A stretch of DNA of 64,000 bases from Podarcis bocagei (Eukaryota): the NCBI GenBank assembly GCA_964188305.1, contig OZ076894.1; one strand, written 5' to 3'. How positions within the stretch are numbered: position 1 is the first letter of the stretch; each line of letters starts with the position of its first letter. Positions 52,156 to 64,000 of this stretch are shown here, piece after piece. The notes under the pieces were generated by a model. It had not been told where the DNA came from. It ran no database searches and saw only the letters and a list, made by a program, of their open reading frames with translations. The translations under genes were made by a program, and so were the position numbers.

Positions 52156-52648
52156 NNNNNNNNNNNNNNNNNNNNNNNNNNNNNNNNNNNNNNNNNNNNN
52201 NNNNNNNNNNNNNNNNNNNNNNNNNNNNNNNNNNNNNNNNNNNNNNNNNNNNNNNNNNNNNNNNNNNNNNNNNNNNNNNNNNNNNNNNNNNNNNNNNNNN
52301 NNNNNNNNNNNNNNNNNNNNNNNNNNNNNNNNNNNNNNNNNNNNNNNNNNNNNNNNNNNNNNNNNNNNNNNNNNNNNNNNNNNNNNNNNNNNNNNNNNNN
52401 NNNNNNNNNNNNNNNNNNNNNNNNNNNNNNNNNNNNNNNNNNNNNNNNNNNNNNNNNNNNNNNNNNNNNNNNNNNNNNNNNNNNNNNNNNNNNNNNNNNN
52501 NNNNNNNNNNNNNNNNNNNNNNNNNNNNNNNNNNNNNNNNNNNNNNNNNNNNNNNNNNNNNNNNNNNNNNNNNNNNNNNNNNNNNNNNNNNNNNNNNNNN
52601 NNNNNNNNNNNNNNNNNNNNNNNNNNNNNNNNNNNNNNNNNNNNNNNN
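52156..52648. other. Assembly gap (493 N) abutting a young L2 LINE
   Basis: Run of N. Confidence 1.
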
Positions 52649-53983
52649 GGCACGCCTGGAGGATGCGGACCATTTGGATCCCTTCCAATCGGGGTTCAGG
52701 CCTCATCATGGGACTGAAACTGCCTTGGTCGCACTGGTTGATGATCTCCGGCGAGCTAGGGACAAAGGTGAGAGTTGTTTCCTAGTTCTGCTGGATCTCT
52801 CAGCGGCCTTTGATACAATCGACCATAACATCCTTCTGGACCGTCTAGAGGGGTTGGGAGCTGGGGGCACTGTTATACAGTGGTTTCGCTCCTTCCTCCT
52901 GGGAAAGTGGTGGTGGGGGATGAGTGTTCAGACCCTTGGGCCCTCACTTGTGGGGTGCCTCAGGGTTCCGTCCTCTCCCCCATGCTTTTTAACATCTATA
53001 TGAAGCCGCTGGGAGAGATCATCAGGGGGTTTGGACTGGGTGTCCATCAATATGCAGATGATACCCAGCTCTACCTCTCTTTCAAATCAGAACCAGTGAA
53101 GGCGGTGAAGGTCCTGTGTGAGTGCCTGGAGGCGGTTGGAGGATGGATGGCGGCTAATGGATTGAAGTTGAATCCTGACAAGACAGAAGTACTGTTCTTG
53201 GGGGACAGGGGGCGGGCTGGTGTGGAGGACTCACTGGTCCTGAATGGGGTAACTGTGCCCCTGAAGGACCAGGTGCGTAGCCTGGGAGTCATTTTGGACT
53301 CACAGCTGTCCATGGAGGCGCAGGTTAATTCTGTATCCAGGGCAGCTGTCTACCAACTCCACCTGGTACGCAGGCTGAGACCCTACCTGCCCGTGGACTG
53401 TCTCGCCAGAGTGGTGCATGCTCTAGTTATCTCCCGCTTGGACTACTGCAATGCGCTCTACGTGGGGCTACCTTTGAAGGTGACTCGGAAACTACAGCTA
53501 ATCCAGAATGCAGCAGCTAGACTGGTGACTGGGGGCAGCCGCCGAGACCACATAACACCGGTCTTGAAAGACCTACATTGGCTCCCAGTACGTTTCCGAG
53601 CAGAATTCAAAGTGCTGGTGTTCACCTTTAAAGCCCTAAACGGCCTCGGCCCAGTATACCTGAAGGAGCGTCTCCACCCCCATCGTTCTGCCCAGATGCT
53701 GAGGTCCAGCGCCGAGGGCCTTCTGGCGGTTCCCTCATTGCGAGAAGCAAAGCTACAGGGAACCAGGCAGAGGGCCTTTTCGGTAGTGGCACCCGCCCTG
53801 TGGAACGCCCTCCCATCAGATGTCAAAACGATAAACAACTACCTGACATTCAGAATACATCTTAAGGCAGCCCTGTTCAGGGAAGTTTTTAATGTATGAT
53901 ATTTTAGTGTTTTTTTGGTTTCTATGGAAGCCGCCCAGAGTGGCTGGGGAAACCCAGCCAGATGGGCAGGGTACAAATAATAA

Positions 53984-54032
<49 letters not shown>
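52649..54032 (+). mobile_element. Young L2-clade LINE, RT domain and 3' end, one frameshift near 52900, (TTA)n tail
   Basis: ORFs 52674-53003 (QSGFR..TETAL..LLDLSAAFDTIDH) and 52880-53899 (GVPQGSVLSP, YADD at 53051-53062, SRLDYCN, LHWLPV); 5' part lost in the gap. Confidence 0.95.
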
Positions 54033-54035
<3 letters not shown>

Positions 54036-57000
54036 CTATCAAAAAACACAGTTCAAATTTCAAATGCTTACTAAGAATTCTAGGCAACTGAGATAGCCTT
54101 TCATTACAAATGCTGCAGAGATAATATATCTGAACTGTCCCAATAGAGAAGATGAGAAGTCAGGTGGAGGTTGCCTTGTGCAAAGTCAAGGAAGAGTTCC
54201 TTCCTCTTATGCCCTTTCAGTACATTGGCAGAACTAATCTAGCATTTCTACCAGTTGTTCATGCAGACCTGACTTGGCTGCCATCTTGCCCCTCGCAAGT
54301 AAGTGGCAATGACTCCACTCATGGGAGGCTCTTGCTGTGACTCTGCCCCACAGGATGAGATACTTTTGTTTGGCAGATACTGGTTCCAAAACACTGAGCT
54401 AAGAGTTCAAAGGTAAAAGGTATAGTGAGTTTCTAGCGTTACTCATCTTTTCATTTCCCCCTCAATATTTCTATGAGAGATTGTCGAATAATTCGCCAAA
54501 TAATAATTAAGCAAGCAGTTTAAGCAGTGATAATTTACAGGTTCCTTTCTTACCAAGTGAAATAATGCACTGAGCACTAGAGAAGAGACTTCTGGGATCA
54601 CAGTATCAATCTGTTTTTTCCTCTAATATCCACAGCACTTGGTAGAAGACACACCTTGAGTCAGTGCCAAGGGAACAGGGCCAAATCTTGCCACATTGTA
54701 CTGGCAGTTCATCGTGAAGTCAGCACAGAGCAACAAGTCATGAAGCACAGTTGCCTTGGCAATGGGCTCGCACATCCCCGCTCTCCCCCCTGTGACCATT
54801 CTTACATCATTCACATGCCCTCTTAGGCATATTGAATTTTGGTGGATGCAAAACTGTTCAAGAAACTCACACATACACATACAAATGTCAGCTTAGCACT
54901 TTTGCTGTGTGCATTTTTAGGAACAAACACCTATACCTAAAATAGCCTTGTAAGTATGCCCCCAAATTTACTAGATTGCATTTTTTAAAAGAAACTTGCT
55001 ATGGGCTGGCAAGGTATAGACAGAGAGATGCATTTCTGTGCTGAATGCGGAGGAAGGGGCTTTCCTCCTCTATCAGTGATTGCTTTCAGTGCTGGACACA
55101 GAGGAGGGAAAGATCACCCTAGTCTTCCTGCTTCATCCCTCTCATGCATGGAATTTCCAATCTCCTATTGCTACCAGGCTAATGTTTAAAATAAGTGATC
55201 TCTCTTATTGCCATGAGGACATTTGTTTGTGCATGCCTAGCACTTTCATCTTGTATAGGATGAGTTTTGCTGTACATGAGAAGTGTGAAAGGAGGCTGGG
55301 TTTTTCATTCCTGAGCTTTCAAATGGAAGCCCAGAGGCAGAATTATTTTGATCATGCCCAACCCACCTCATCCTTTTTATAAAGGCAGTGGGAGGAATGT
55401 ACTGATTGTTTTAAAAAGGATTCTAGTAACATAAGGACATGCACTATTTCAACTGAAGATATATCCTGCATTTTAAAAATGCATTTACGATAAAGTTCCG
55501 TATTTTCAACCAACATCAAAGAAAACCATTCTTTTCCTTTGAAGCTGTAATTTAACATGAGTCATATCATTAGGTGCCCCCTCCCAACTTCCTGAGCAGT
55601 GGAACATGCTAGGGGCAATGTTACCAAGTTGGGTTTCTTTTGGATTGCAAATGTGCAAGCAGAGCATCCTGCAAGCAAATAGGCATTCTTTCAGCAGGCA
55701 ACAAATCCCTAGAGAGTGTCTTAATCTTTGCTCCTCAGGGTGCTTCCTCTACAGCTAGTTTACAACTCTGAAATATTCTCTGTCTCATTCTATTCAGATT
55801 CAAAACTGCTCTCTCTCTCTCTCTCTCTTGCACACCTTACTGACCACCTCCCTCTCACTGAAAACTGAAATGATACCCAGATATAAGTGGATAACTACAT
55901 ATAATCTACTTTATGAACATAGTTCACTCATTGGCACCATTCACCCAGGAAAGCAGAAATGGTTAGAATTTGTCAACTGCCCAAGTAGCCATATTCTATA
56001 TGGAAATTGATTTTATTGAGAGAATTAGATATGTAAAAAGAGGATGACCTTAAAGAATGGCTCTTTTTTGATGCAAGATCCTCGCAAAACCAAGCACATT
56101 TACTTTAAAATAAAAAGCAAAGTAAACTATTTTCATTTTACATATATCACATGTCCTAAAGTCTTTTCATTTTATGATTTTGATATGGAAATGCATTTCC
56201 AATATATAACATTCTGAGATATGCTCACTGAAATGCATAAACTCAAGTATTATTATTTGAGCCTTGTGATTAAATATGAATGGGTCTTGCCTTGAACTGG
56301 GTAAATTAATGACACATTAACACTCCCGATGGAGGAATATGATATTATTATTATGCCATAAAATGTATTTTTAAAATATTAGACTTTGTTGATTTTAAAC
56401 CTTTTTGTAAGTTGCTTAGATACCAGTACTTTCCCATAGTATGTGACTAATAAGTCAAAATACTAATAGAACATCTGCTTTACAAGGAAATTATTTTGAT
56501 ATTAAATTTATGTTGCAACCTAAATTTCAGCAGGTGTAATTGAGACATAACCCTTCAACAGGTAACACATACGTATCCCAGATTGAATGACCTCCAAAAG
56601 TGTTGGAACACTTATTTTCTTCCTTGAGTTAAAAACATATTTCTACATTCCCTGTGCTTTGAAGCAAAGAAGAAAAAGGAAAGATCCACACAGATTAAAT
56701 AGACAGTCCAGTTGGCAGTTATTCTCCAGGGAAGAGAAAAATTACTGTCAGATCATGTGAAGAAAAAGCTAAAGTTAGTCAGATTAGGCACCAGAGATTT
56801 TGTGTGAGAGTGTGCAAGGAGAATAGCAATGAACTTTCTTTCACCTTGCTGAGTTGTACATAGGAGTCTAGTGCACTTAATAAAAACTAGGTGTTGTACA
56901 TATAGATGGGAAACTCTTGCTGCAGTCTTAGAGGCATGACACAAAAGCATAGCAAAATGGAAGGGGGGATATCTTTGTTTCAAGAACAGTATAGCAGTGC

Positions 57001-58381
57001 CAGGGGAAACTATGGTCTAGAGATCTGTGATTTCTGGCATGAAATAGTAGTGCTGTAGTTTCCCAGTTTGTAGTTTGTTATGAAGAGAGATCAAGCTCCC
57101 CTAGAGTTGGGGAACCTGTGGCATTCCAGATGTTCTGGACCACAGTTGGACTAAAGTTGAAAAGAATTGGAATCAACCAACTTCTGGGGAAGATGTAGCC
57201 CTTTGACTGTTGCTGGACTACAACTCTTCTCATCCCTAACTCTTACTCATTCTTGCTGGGGCTGATTTAAGTTGGAGTTCAACATCTGGAAGGAAACAGG
57301 TTTCCCACCCTTGCTCTGTACCTATGCGGAGAGGCCATAGCTCAGTGGTATAATACAAGGTTTGCATACATAAGGTCCCAGATTCATATCACAGAGTAGA
57401 CAATGTTTGGTGTCTTTGGACCAAAATGGACCAGTAGACTAATTCCATATAAGAAACGGGAGAGAAGGGGACATCTGGAATATGTTCTTCCTTTGTTAAG
57501 GCAGGTCATTATCTGCACTGTTTGTGCTGTTTGGTTAGTGCAGGAGAACCATGTTCTCATCTCTGGATATACTTTTATCCCAACCTCTGCTAGGTTAATC
57601 AAAGCATGGAAGCCTTTGCCCTTGCATGCTAGAATGGTATGGAGGTTTACAAATACACTGCTGGTTCAGCTAAAAATAGTGACAATGTGACAATAACAAT
57701 GTGACTCATTCTTAGCATCTTCACTCTCCCCTGTATTAAATCATCTGTATTAAAATCATCAATAATAATTACAGCCTCTGGGGAGATATGGGCATTAAAA
57801 CCACATGTATCTTGGGATTAAGGTCCTTAAAGTTGAGTGCAAAAGGACTTTTGCATTGTTGCAGGTGATTTGAACAACCACAGCAATTCTAGCCCAGGTT
57901 TCTTGTTGGCCACACAACTTTCAGCCAGGTATCCAGAAATCTAACATTATCAATGGCAGACTTGAGCCATCATCATGCAAGGGAAGTCGCTGGTCCAAGT
58001 AGATGTGAAGCATGAAGAATGAGGGGGCTGCAGGAGCCAATAAAAAGCAAAGAATGTTAAAATGAAAATGGTCTTGTGCTTATACCACATTCCTTGCGTG
58101 TATACATATAATGTTGAATATGTGGCATGACTGGATTTCTTCAAGTCACTAGTGTTCTTCACTATCTTTCTCTTGATATTATTTCCTCCCTAAGCACTTC
58201 ATAACTTCCTCTTTGAAGAATCTGAAACCATGGATCTATGTTAATCCATAATGCTTGTGTGTGAGTGTTTGCTGTTATTCAGACATGTAAACTAATTCAT
58301 AATGTCAGGAGCTTCAGCCACAGGTAGGATGTTTTGGATAGTTCCCAGAAAAGTAATGTATTTGTTGTTTTTTCTTGATGT

Positions 58382-58468
58382 AAACAAAGAATCACGTAGC
58401 ACCTTAAACACCATGAAATGTATTGTGGCATAAGCTGTCATAGACTAATGTCCACATTATCAGGTGCG
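58382..58468 (-). mobile_element. Degenerate Penelope-like pLTR remnant
   Basis: Minus strand cacctgataatgtggacattagtctatgacagcttatgcc...taaggtgctac resembles the remnant at 41560. Confidence 0.45.
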
Positions 58469-58935
58469 CAAAAGTGTGGTCCTCAGCTGACAGTGATAAG
58501 TGAAAGGCATGCCGTGTGCATGAGTCTTCTCTCTGACCAAGACTCAAAATCAGGAGGTTTACCCTGCATATTGGATCTGCAGGCTTCCATTTTCACTCCT
58601 TTTCTCTACTTTCCTAATTGTGGCTAGCCTTTAGGTTCAAGGGCTTATTTCCTATCTGGCAGCAAGGGTTGGGTCTTCCAGATCACCTAGCTGCATCACT
58701 ATTTTTTTCAGGGTGCTTTGGTACTAGAAAGAAAAGAGAACACTGGTGTCTCTTAGAAATTTTATTTTAGAATATACCCTCAGGGTATTTGCATACTCAG
58801 ACTCCCAGCAGAGTGTATAGGCAACACATGACTGCAAATACTGTCCTGAAATAAGAAAAAGAAAACGTGGGTTGGCTTTGAGGCAGAGGAAAATTAAAAT
58901 GTGTTAAGAATAGTCTTTTCTTCTGTTTTGTCCAG

Positions 58936-59128
58936 GGTGCTTTGAATGCTGCATCAAGTGCTTGGGGGGCATTCCCTACGCCTCCTTGATTGCCACCATC
59001 CTGCTGTATGCTGGGGTTGCCCTCTTCTGTGGCTGTGGTCATGAAGCACTCTCGGGAACTGTCAACATTCTTCAGACCTACTTTGAGATGGCAAGAGCTC
59101 CTGGGGACACTATTGATGTCTTTACCAT
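58936..59128 (+). CDS. GPM6A: GPM6A coding exon (equivalent to human exon 2), 193 bp, phase 1 to phase 2; N-terminal Cys cluster and TM1
   Basis: Translates (G)[63 protein letters not shown](M), near-identical to mammalian M6a as recalled. Pyrimidine tract ttttcttctgttttgtccAG (AG 58934-58935) and donor GTAAGT at 59129. Confidence 0.97.
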
Positions 59129-60401
59129 GTAAGTCTCAGCTTAACCTTTGCATTTATACCACTGCAATACAAGATGTAATTACTAACCCTCCCTGTGTCA
59201 GGCATTATGCAGCCAAGTGAACAGAAAACATTTGCTTGAATTTCTTCTAAATCTATTTCACAGCATAAGGATATAAAATATTTCTCACTATATAAATATT
59301 TCTATTGATAGTTTTTCATCCTGCAAAATGAGTGTACATTTCAATATCATAAAAAAATGAAATCTAGGGTTGGATGAAATCTAGCTGTGGGCTGCATTCA
59401 GTCTGTGTGGACTATCCATGCTGGTTTCTAAGGAAATGTGAAGGTAGGTGGGTGCTTTAGTGGGTGCAGAAATGGACACTTGGTGGTATTAAGTGTCAGG
59501 CTGTTACAAGTGTTCTGACCATACATGCATTTCCCCTCCATCCTCCTATTTAATGTTCTGGGGGTTCACCTGACCAGAGCTGTTTGGGAGAGGGACACAG
59601 GAGAAGGAGAGAGGGGAAAGCCCCATTGCAGAATTGCAAATCCTTGCACAAGGCTTCCACTGGCAGGACTTGTTAAGTGTTAGCAGGTTGAGCGGTGGCA
59701 AGGAGAACATGGCCACCTAGTAGGAAGAGAGGGTTGTTTTCAACACTGCTTGTGTGCAAGTGCAATGGACTTCCACTCACACAACAGAACTTGGATCTTC
59801 TATTCGTTCCCATGCAATTCCCCAAGCAGGGAGTGTTGGAAGCTCCAGAGCAGATTTTGGGGACATACAGGGGGCTGAAGGGAGGAATTGAGAAAGTCCC
59901 GAAGGATACACTTCACTTTCCAGGAATAGGAAATACTTAATGTGGCGCTGTGTGTGTGTGGCTGGTGATGGAGAATTCACATATTTTAGCTTGATTGCTT
60001 TATGATTGGTGCTCATTAATATTGCTTATATTGCTCTTCTTAAATTCGGTTATATTTTTAGAATTGCATTTAGAATAATGTTTACAAAGCTGGCTTCACA
60101 GCTCAGTCTCTGGTTTATTACTGAATGAAAGCTAACCCGTTTTTCTAGACTTTAACTTAATGAGTCTCTGGGTAGCTGTTATTGCAGAAACATAGTAAAT
60201 CAATGCATTAAGCTTTTCACAAATTATCCAGGTCTGCTCTGTCAGAGCTGTACATGAAACATCAGTCAAGAAACATAGTTATATACAAAGAATTCAGAAA
60301 CAATGATAAAGTATTTATCAATTAATTTGTTCATTTTAAAATACAATTGATGCCTGAAGATTACTTCCATTCCTTGGGAATTCTGCATTTCCCCTGCAAT
60401 A

Positions 60402-61079
60402 CATTTTGGACTCACAGCTGTCCATGGAGGTGCAGGTCAATTCTGTGTCCAGGGCAGCTGTCTACCAGCTCCATCTGGTACGCAGGCTGAGACCCTATCT
60501 GCCCACAGACTGTCTCACTAGAGTGGTGTATGCCCTGATTATCTCCCGCTTGGACTACTGCAATACACTCTACGTGGGGCTATCTTTGAAGATGACCGGA
60601 AAACTACAACTAATCCAGAATGTGGCAGCTAGACTGGTGACTAGGAGTGGCCGCTGGGACTATATGACACCAGTCCTAAATAATCTTCACTGGCTCCCAG
60701 TACATTTCAAAGTGTTGGTGCTGACCTTTAAGGCCCTAAATGGCCTTGGCCCAGTATACCTGCAGGAGCCTCTCTACCCCCATCACTTAGCCTGGATACT
60801 GAGGTCCTCCTCCAAGGGTCATCTCTTGGTTTTCTCACTGTAAGAAATGAAGTTACAGGGAACCAGGCAGAGGGCCTTCTCGGTAGTGGCTCCCTCCCTG
60901 TGGAATGCCCTCTCTTTAGATGTCAAGGAGACGAAGAATTACACAACTTGTAGAAGACATCAGAAGGCATTGGAAGGTTTTTAACATTTGATGCTTTATG
61001 TTTTTAGATATACTGTAAGCTTGCTGGAAACCCAGCAAGATGGATGGGGTATAAATAATAAAATTATTATTATTATTAT
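60402..61079 (+). mobile_element. L2-clade LINE, 5'-truncated, older than the 52649 copy
   Basis: ORF 60406-60843 DSQLSME..SRLDYCN..LHWLPV with a deletion and a premature stop; (TTA)n tail. Confidence 0.92.
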
Positions 61080-61594
61080 AAGCAGGTGAAAGTCATAGTA
61101 AACCATTCATTATAGTTTCCCAAGATGTGTGAATCAATCCAATAAAACAATAAATCAGGGTCGCATAACATGTCTTTATCATCATTGTCTAACACACACA
61201 CCTCCTGCCAGGACTACAGAACTGATTTTGGAACTAATTGTGGTAAATTATATTTAATCATGCTTATGGCTTCTCTAGCATTTATTGGCACATTTATCTC
61301 AATATAACCTGAAGTTCAATCTTTACATGAAAGATTTATCATGGTTTGGGTAGAAGATTCAAATGGTCAGGGATGTGTAAGCCACCCACTTCTCAGCTCA
61401 CAAACCATATTGTTTTTTCTAAGCATTTCTGGCAAGAGATAATGCCTCTGAGTACGTTCAGTAACATCTATTCAAGTTCTGGAGCTTCCCAGTTGGGAAG
61501 TCTGCCTGTCTAATAGTTTAGTGCTACTCCCAGAAAGTGGCCAGACTGGCAGTTCAATGTGTAACAGAGACTTCCTTAGTTGTTCAGCAGTCTG

Positions 61595-61675
61595 GAAGAC
61601 CTCTGTGAGAAGAGGATGCTGGACTAAATGGGCCCTTGGTCTGATCCAGTCAGGCTCATCCAATGTTGTTATGTA
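61595..61675 (+). mobile_element. CR1-type 3' tail fragment
   Basis: ggatgctggactaaatgggcccttggtctgatccag...atgttgttatgt. Confidence 0.55.
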
Positions 61676-63243
61676 ACTTTGTGATAGTGTCTCAGTAAGA
61701 AGTTCTATTAGAGTGACTTCATGCTATAAGTGAGTATGTTTAGGAGGGTTCACCCAGCACCTATGATTTACATAAATTTAATAAATAATAACAAAAAGAT
61801 AATAATCTCTGAGAAACATTGCCATAGGAGGTAAAGCAACTTTGTGGGTGTCTCGGGATCATTATGATACGTTGCACTTTCACTAACTGAATGTTCCTAC
61901 ATGCCCCCCCCCCCGATTTCCTCCACTATTTATTTGTGAGAAGGGCTATAGTTTTAGCATTCTCTATGACACCTAGTTTTGTGTGTGCAAGGATTTTTAA
62001 AATTTATTTATGGAGGAATGTTCAGTCACACAGACCCCCACCTTCAATCTGAAGTGGTGGAACCCATTGACAGATTTATCACTTCAGTGAGAACTTTGTT
62101 TAGTACCTCTCTCGTTCAAATTTGCCATCTCTTTCTTGCACATCACAGTGTGGGAGCCTATGACGCTTCAGGAGTGTTATTGTTTCCTCTTAACAATTAG
62201 AATTTTGTAATGGGTGGCTGGGTAAGGTTGTATGCATTTTCTTTGACAAACCATCTGTTTCTCTGTTTAGAATATGGTATGTTCTCAATCACCATAATGC
62301 AGCTTTCGTAGGAAACTTTCTAATTTCATGCTGTCTGATTTTTAATTTTTCAATACCCATAAAGTACAACAATGTAAGTCTACACCACACAATAGATTCA
62401 GGATTCCTTCACCCTTTCATCCGGCATAGCAAAAATGGAAGTAGCTGAGCACTGATGTGACCATACACTCCCTCTAAGATTCCTCAGCTGCCTTAAATGT
62501 TTAAACTTGAGAAAAGAGAAAGCAGCCCCACATCCCTTTTATTCCTTCCTCTTCTGCAGCCTGATGGAATGGCTGCAGCCAGATGACAGTGACATCTTCA
62601 AACCATGTGATTTTGAAGTTATTGCCTACAGTTACACGACCTCTTGATTCATATTTAGGACCATAGATATATGAACAAAATTGAGAACAGACTTTTAGTG
62701 CATCAATTCAGGATTAATGTCAACTGTGTGAAATTCAGTTTTAATTATAGAAGCATTTCTGGCTTCTTTGGAGTACTGTATACTGTAACACTGTATACGA
62801 AGTGAAGGATTAGCAGCATGTCCCTGATTGCCATAATGTGAGAGATGTGGGGTGGTATGCATGTACCCTGATTTCCATGCACATATTCACCATGTGTCCC
62901 CAGACTGCTAGAATACCCTTCCAAAAAAAATGGATATTAATGACACCAAACATTAAAATAATAGATAGACAAGGTGTGGGAGTTTGTGGCTATGGCTAAA
63001 CTTTCATGCATTCTTAAATGGAAAGAAAGCAGGTAGACAAGATACATTCTTGATAATCTGGCAAAACTTCATTGACTGTAGTAGAAGGTATGGAATACTG
63101 CCATTTTATGAACAATGAATTGACATTCCTTTAATTAGTTAAGATAATATGATAAAAAAAGCTTTTTGAGGAACCTTTGTCTGCAACCTTCATCTGGGCT
63201 ATTGATAAATACCTCCTAATATCAATGTAAGCATTATATTTAA

Positions 63244-63282
<39 letters not shown>

Positions 63283-63850
63283 TTATTTATACCCCACCCA
63301 TCTGTATATACATGTTGCATTGACTTACAGTTTCCAAAGTATTTTTTAAAAAAATTGAGGGTGAAGACTACCAGTGAGAGTGGAAAGTGAGAAAAATAGG
63401 AATTCTGTAACAATTATAATGTAGAATTGCTAACAGCAAATAATTGATTTGGAAATGGCCTTGGTTGAACAATCCTAACACTTTCACAAGAATTGATAAT
63501 CTGCCCACCCACTCCTCCATGTGACAACCCTATGCTCAGCTGTGTGAGTGTGTCACGTGCATTGTGCCTCTGCTAGGTGTAGATATTTTAGCAATGGAAG
63601 GTGTTTCCCATCTTGTGAATGTCACTGTGGGCACTGGGAGTCCTTTGCTTTTGCAGAGCAGAATTGCATCCATCAGTGTGAAATGTTCAGTTTATTTTCA
63701 ATGAAAGGAGTCTGTAGTTCTTTCCTTAACATATCACTGGTCCTAAGATTGATGTCAAAATATAGAAACAACAAAGGCATTATTATTGTATACTGCATGT
63801 GGAGAAAAAGGAATCTTTCTTTTTTTAAAAAAGAATCACCATTAAAACAT

Positions 63851-63879
63851 TAACTAACACAGATACCTTTTAATTACAG
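63851..63879 (+). promoter_or_regulatory. Branch point (TAACTAAC) and 3' splice site of the GPM6A intron
   Basis: Consensus-like ACTAAC with the branch A near 63857, about 23 nt upstream of the exon; the pyrimidine tract is weak. Confidence 0.65.
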
Positions 63880-64000
63880 GATTGACATCTTCAAATATGT
63901 GATCTACGGGGTAGCAGCTGCCTTCTTTGTCTATGGCATTTTGCTGATGGTGGAAGGATTTTTTACAACTGGTGCCATCAAGGATCTCTATGGGGATTTC
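63880..64000 (+). CDS. GPM6A: GPM6A next coding exon (equivalent to exon 3, TM2), runs off the window end
   Basis: AT|G completes Met in frame with the previous exon; reads (M)IDIFKYVIYGVAAAFFVYGILLMVEGFFTTGAIKDLYGDF. Acceptor AG at 63878-63879. Confidence 0.97.

Noticed and set aside
52149-52709. Long poly-X ORFs
   Set aside because: Artefacts of translating the N gap.
97-63853. Most short ORFs in the six-frame track
   Set aside because: Intronic eukaryotic DNA: ORFs are short, lack recognisable domains, and many derive from microsatellites, GC-rich TE interiors or the antisense of LINEs and exons.
58936-64000. Assignment to PLP1 or GPM6B
   Set aside because: The motifs [32 protein letters not shown] and AIKDLYGDF match M6a specifically.

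Overview
Vertebrate (squamate lizard, probably lacertid, inferred from Sauria SINE, Squam3-like SINE and BovB content) genomic DNA lying almost entirely inside introns of GPM6A (neuronal membrane glycoprotein M6-a, PLP/DM20 family) on the + strand. Two coding exons are present: a 193-bp exon at 58936-59128 and the start of the next exon at 63880-64000. The canonical first exon (MEENMEEGQTQK) was not found, so about 59 kb upstream is probably intron 1. The introns are dense in repeats: L2 LINEs, a BovB fragment, three SINE types, Penelope-like remnants, Tc1/mariner MITEs and many non-autonomous hAT elements with 8-bp nnnTAnnn TSDs. There is also a 493-N assembly gap. Highlight 1: young non-autonomous DNA transposons share ends but carry different GC-rich interiors. 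One hAT (36861-37600) appears to carry the CCAAT/GC-box region, 5'UTR and first ~75 codons of a RANBP9-like exon 1, i.e. Pack-MULE-like gene-fragment capture in a lizard. Highlight 2: a near-perfect 125-bp Penelope-derived palindrome (28448-28699) carries a hammerhead-ribozyme core. Its only arm mismatch hits catalytic G12 in the copy that would be transcribed with GPM6A. Family names and the RANBP9 match come from recall, not from database searches.
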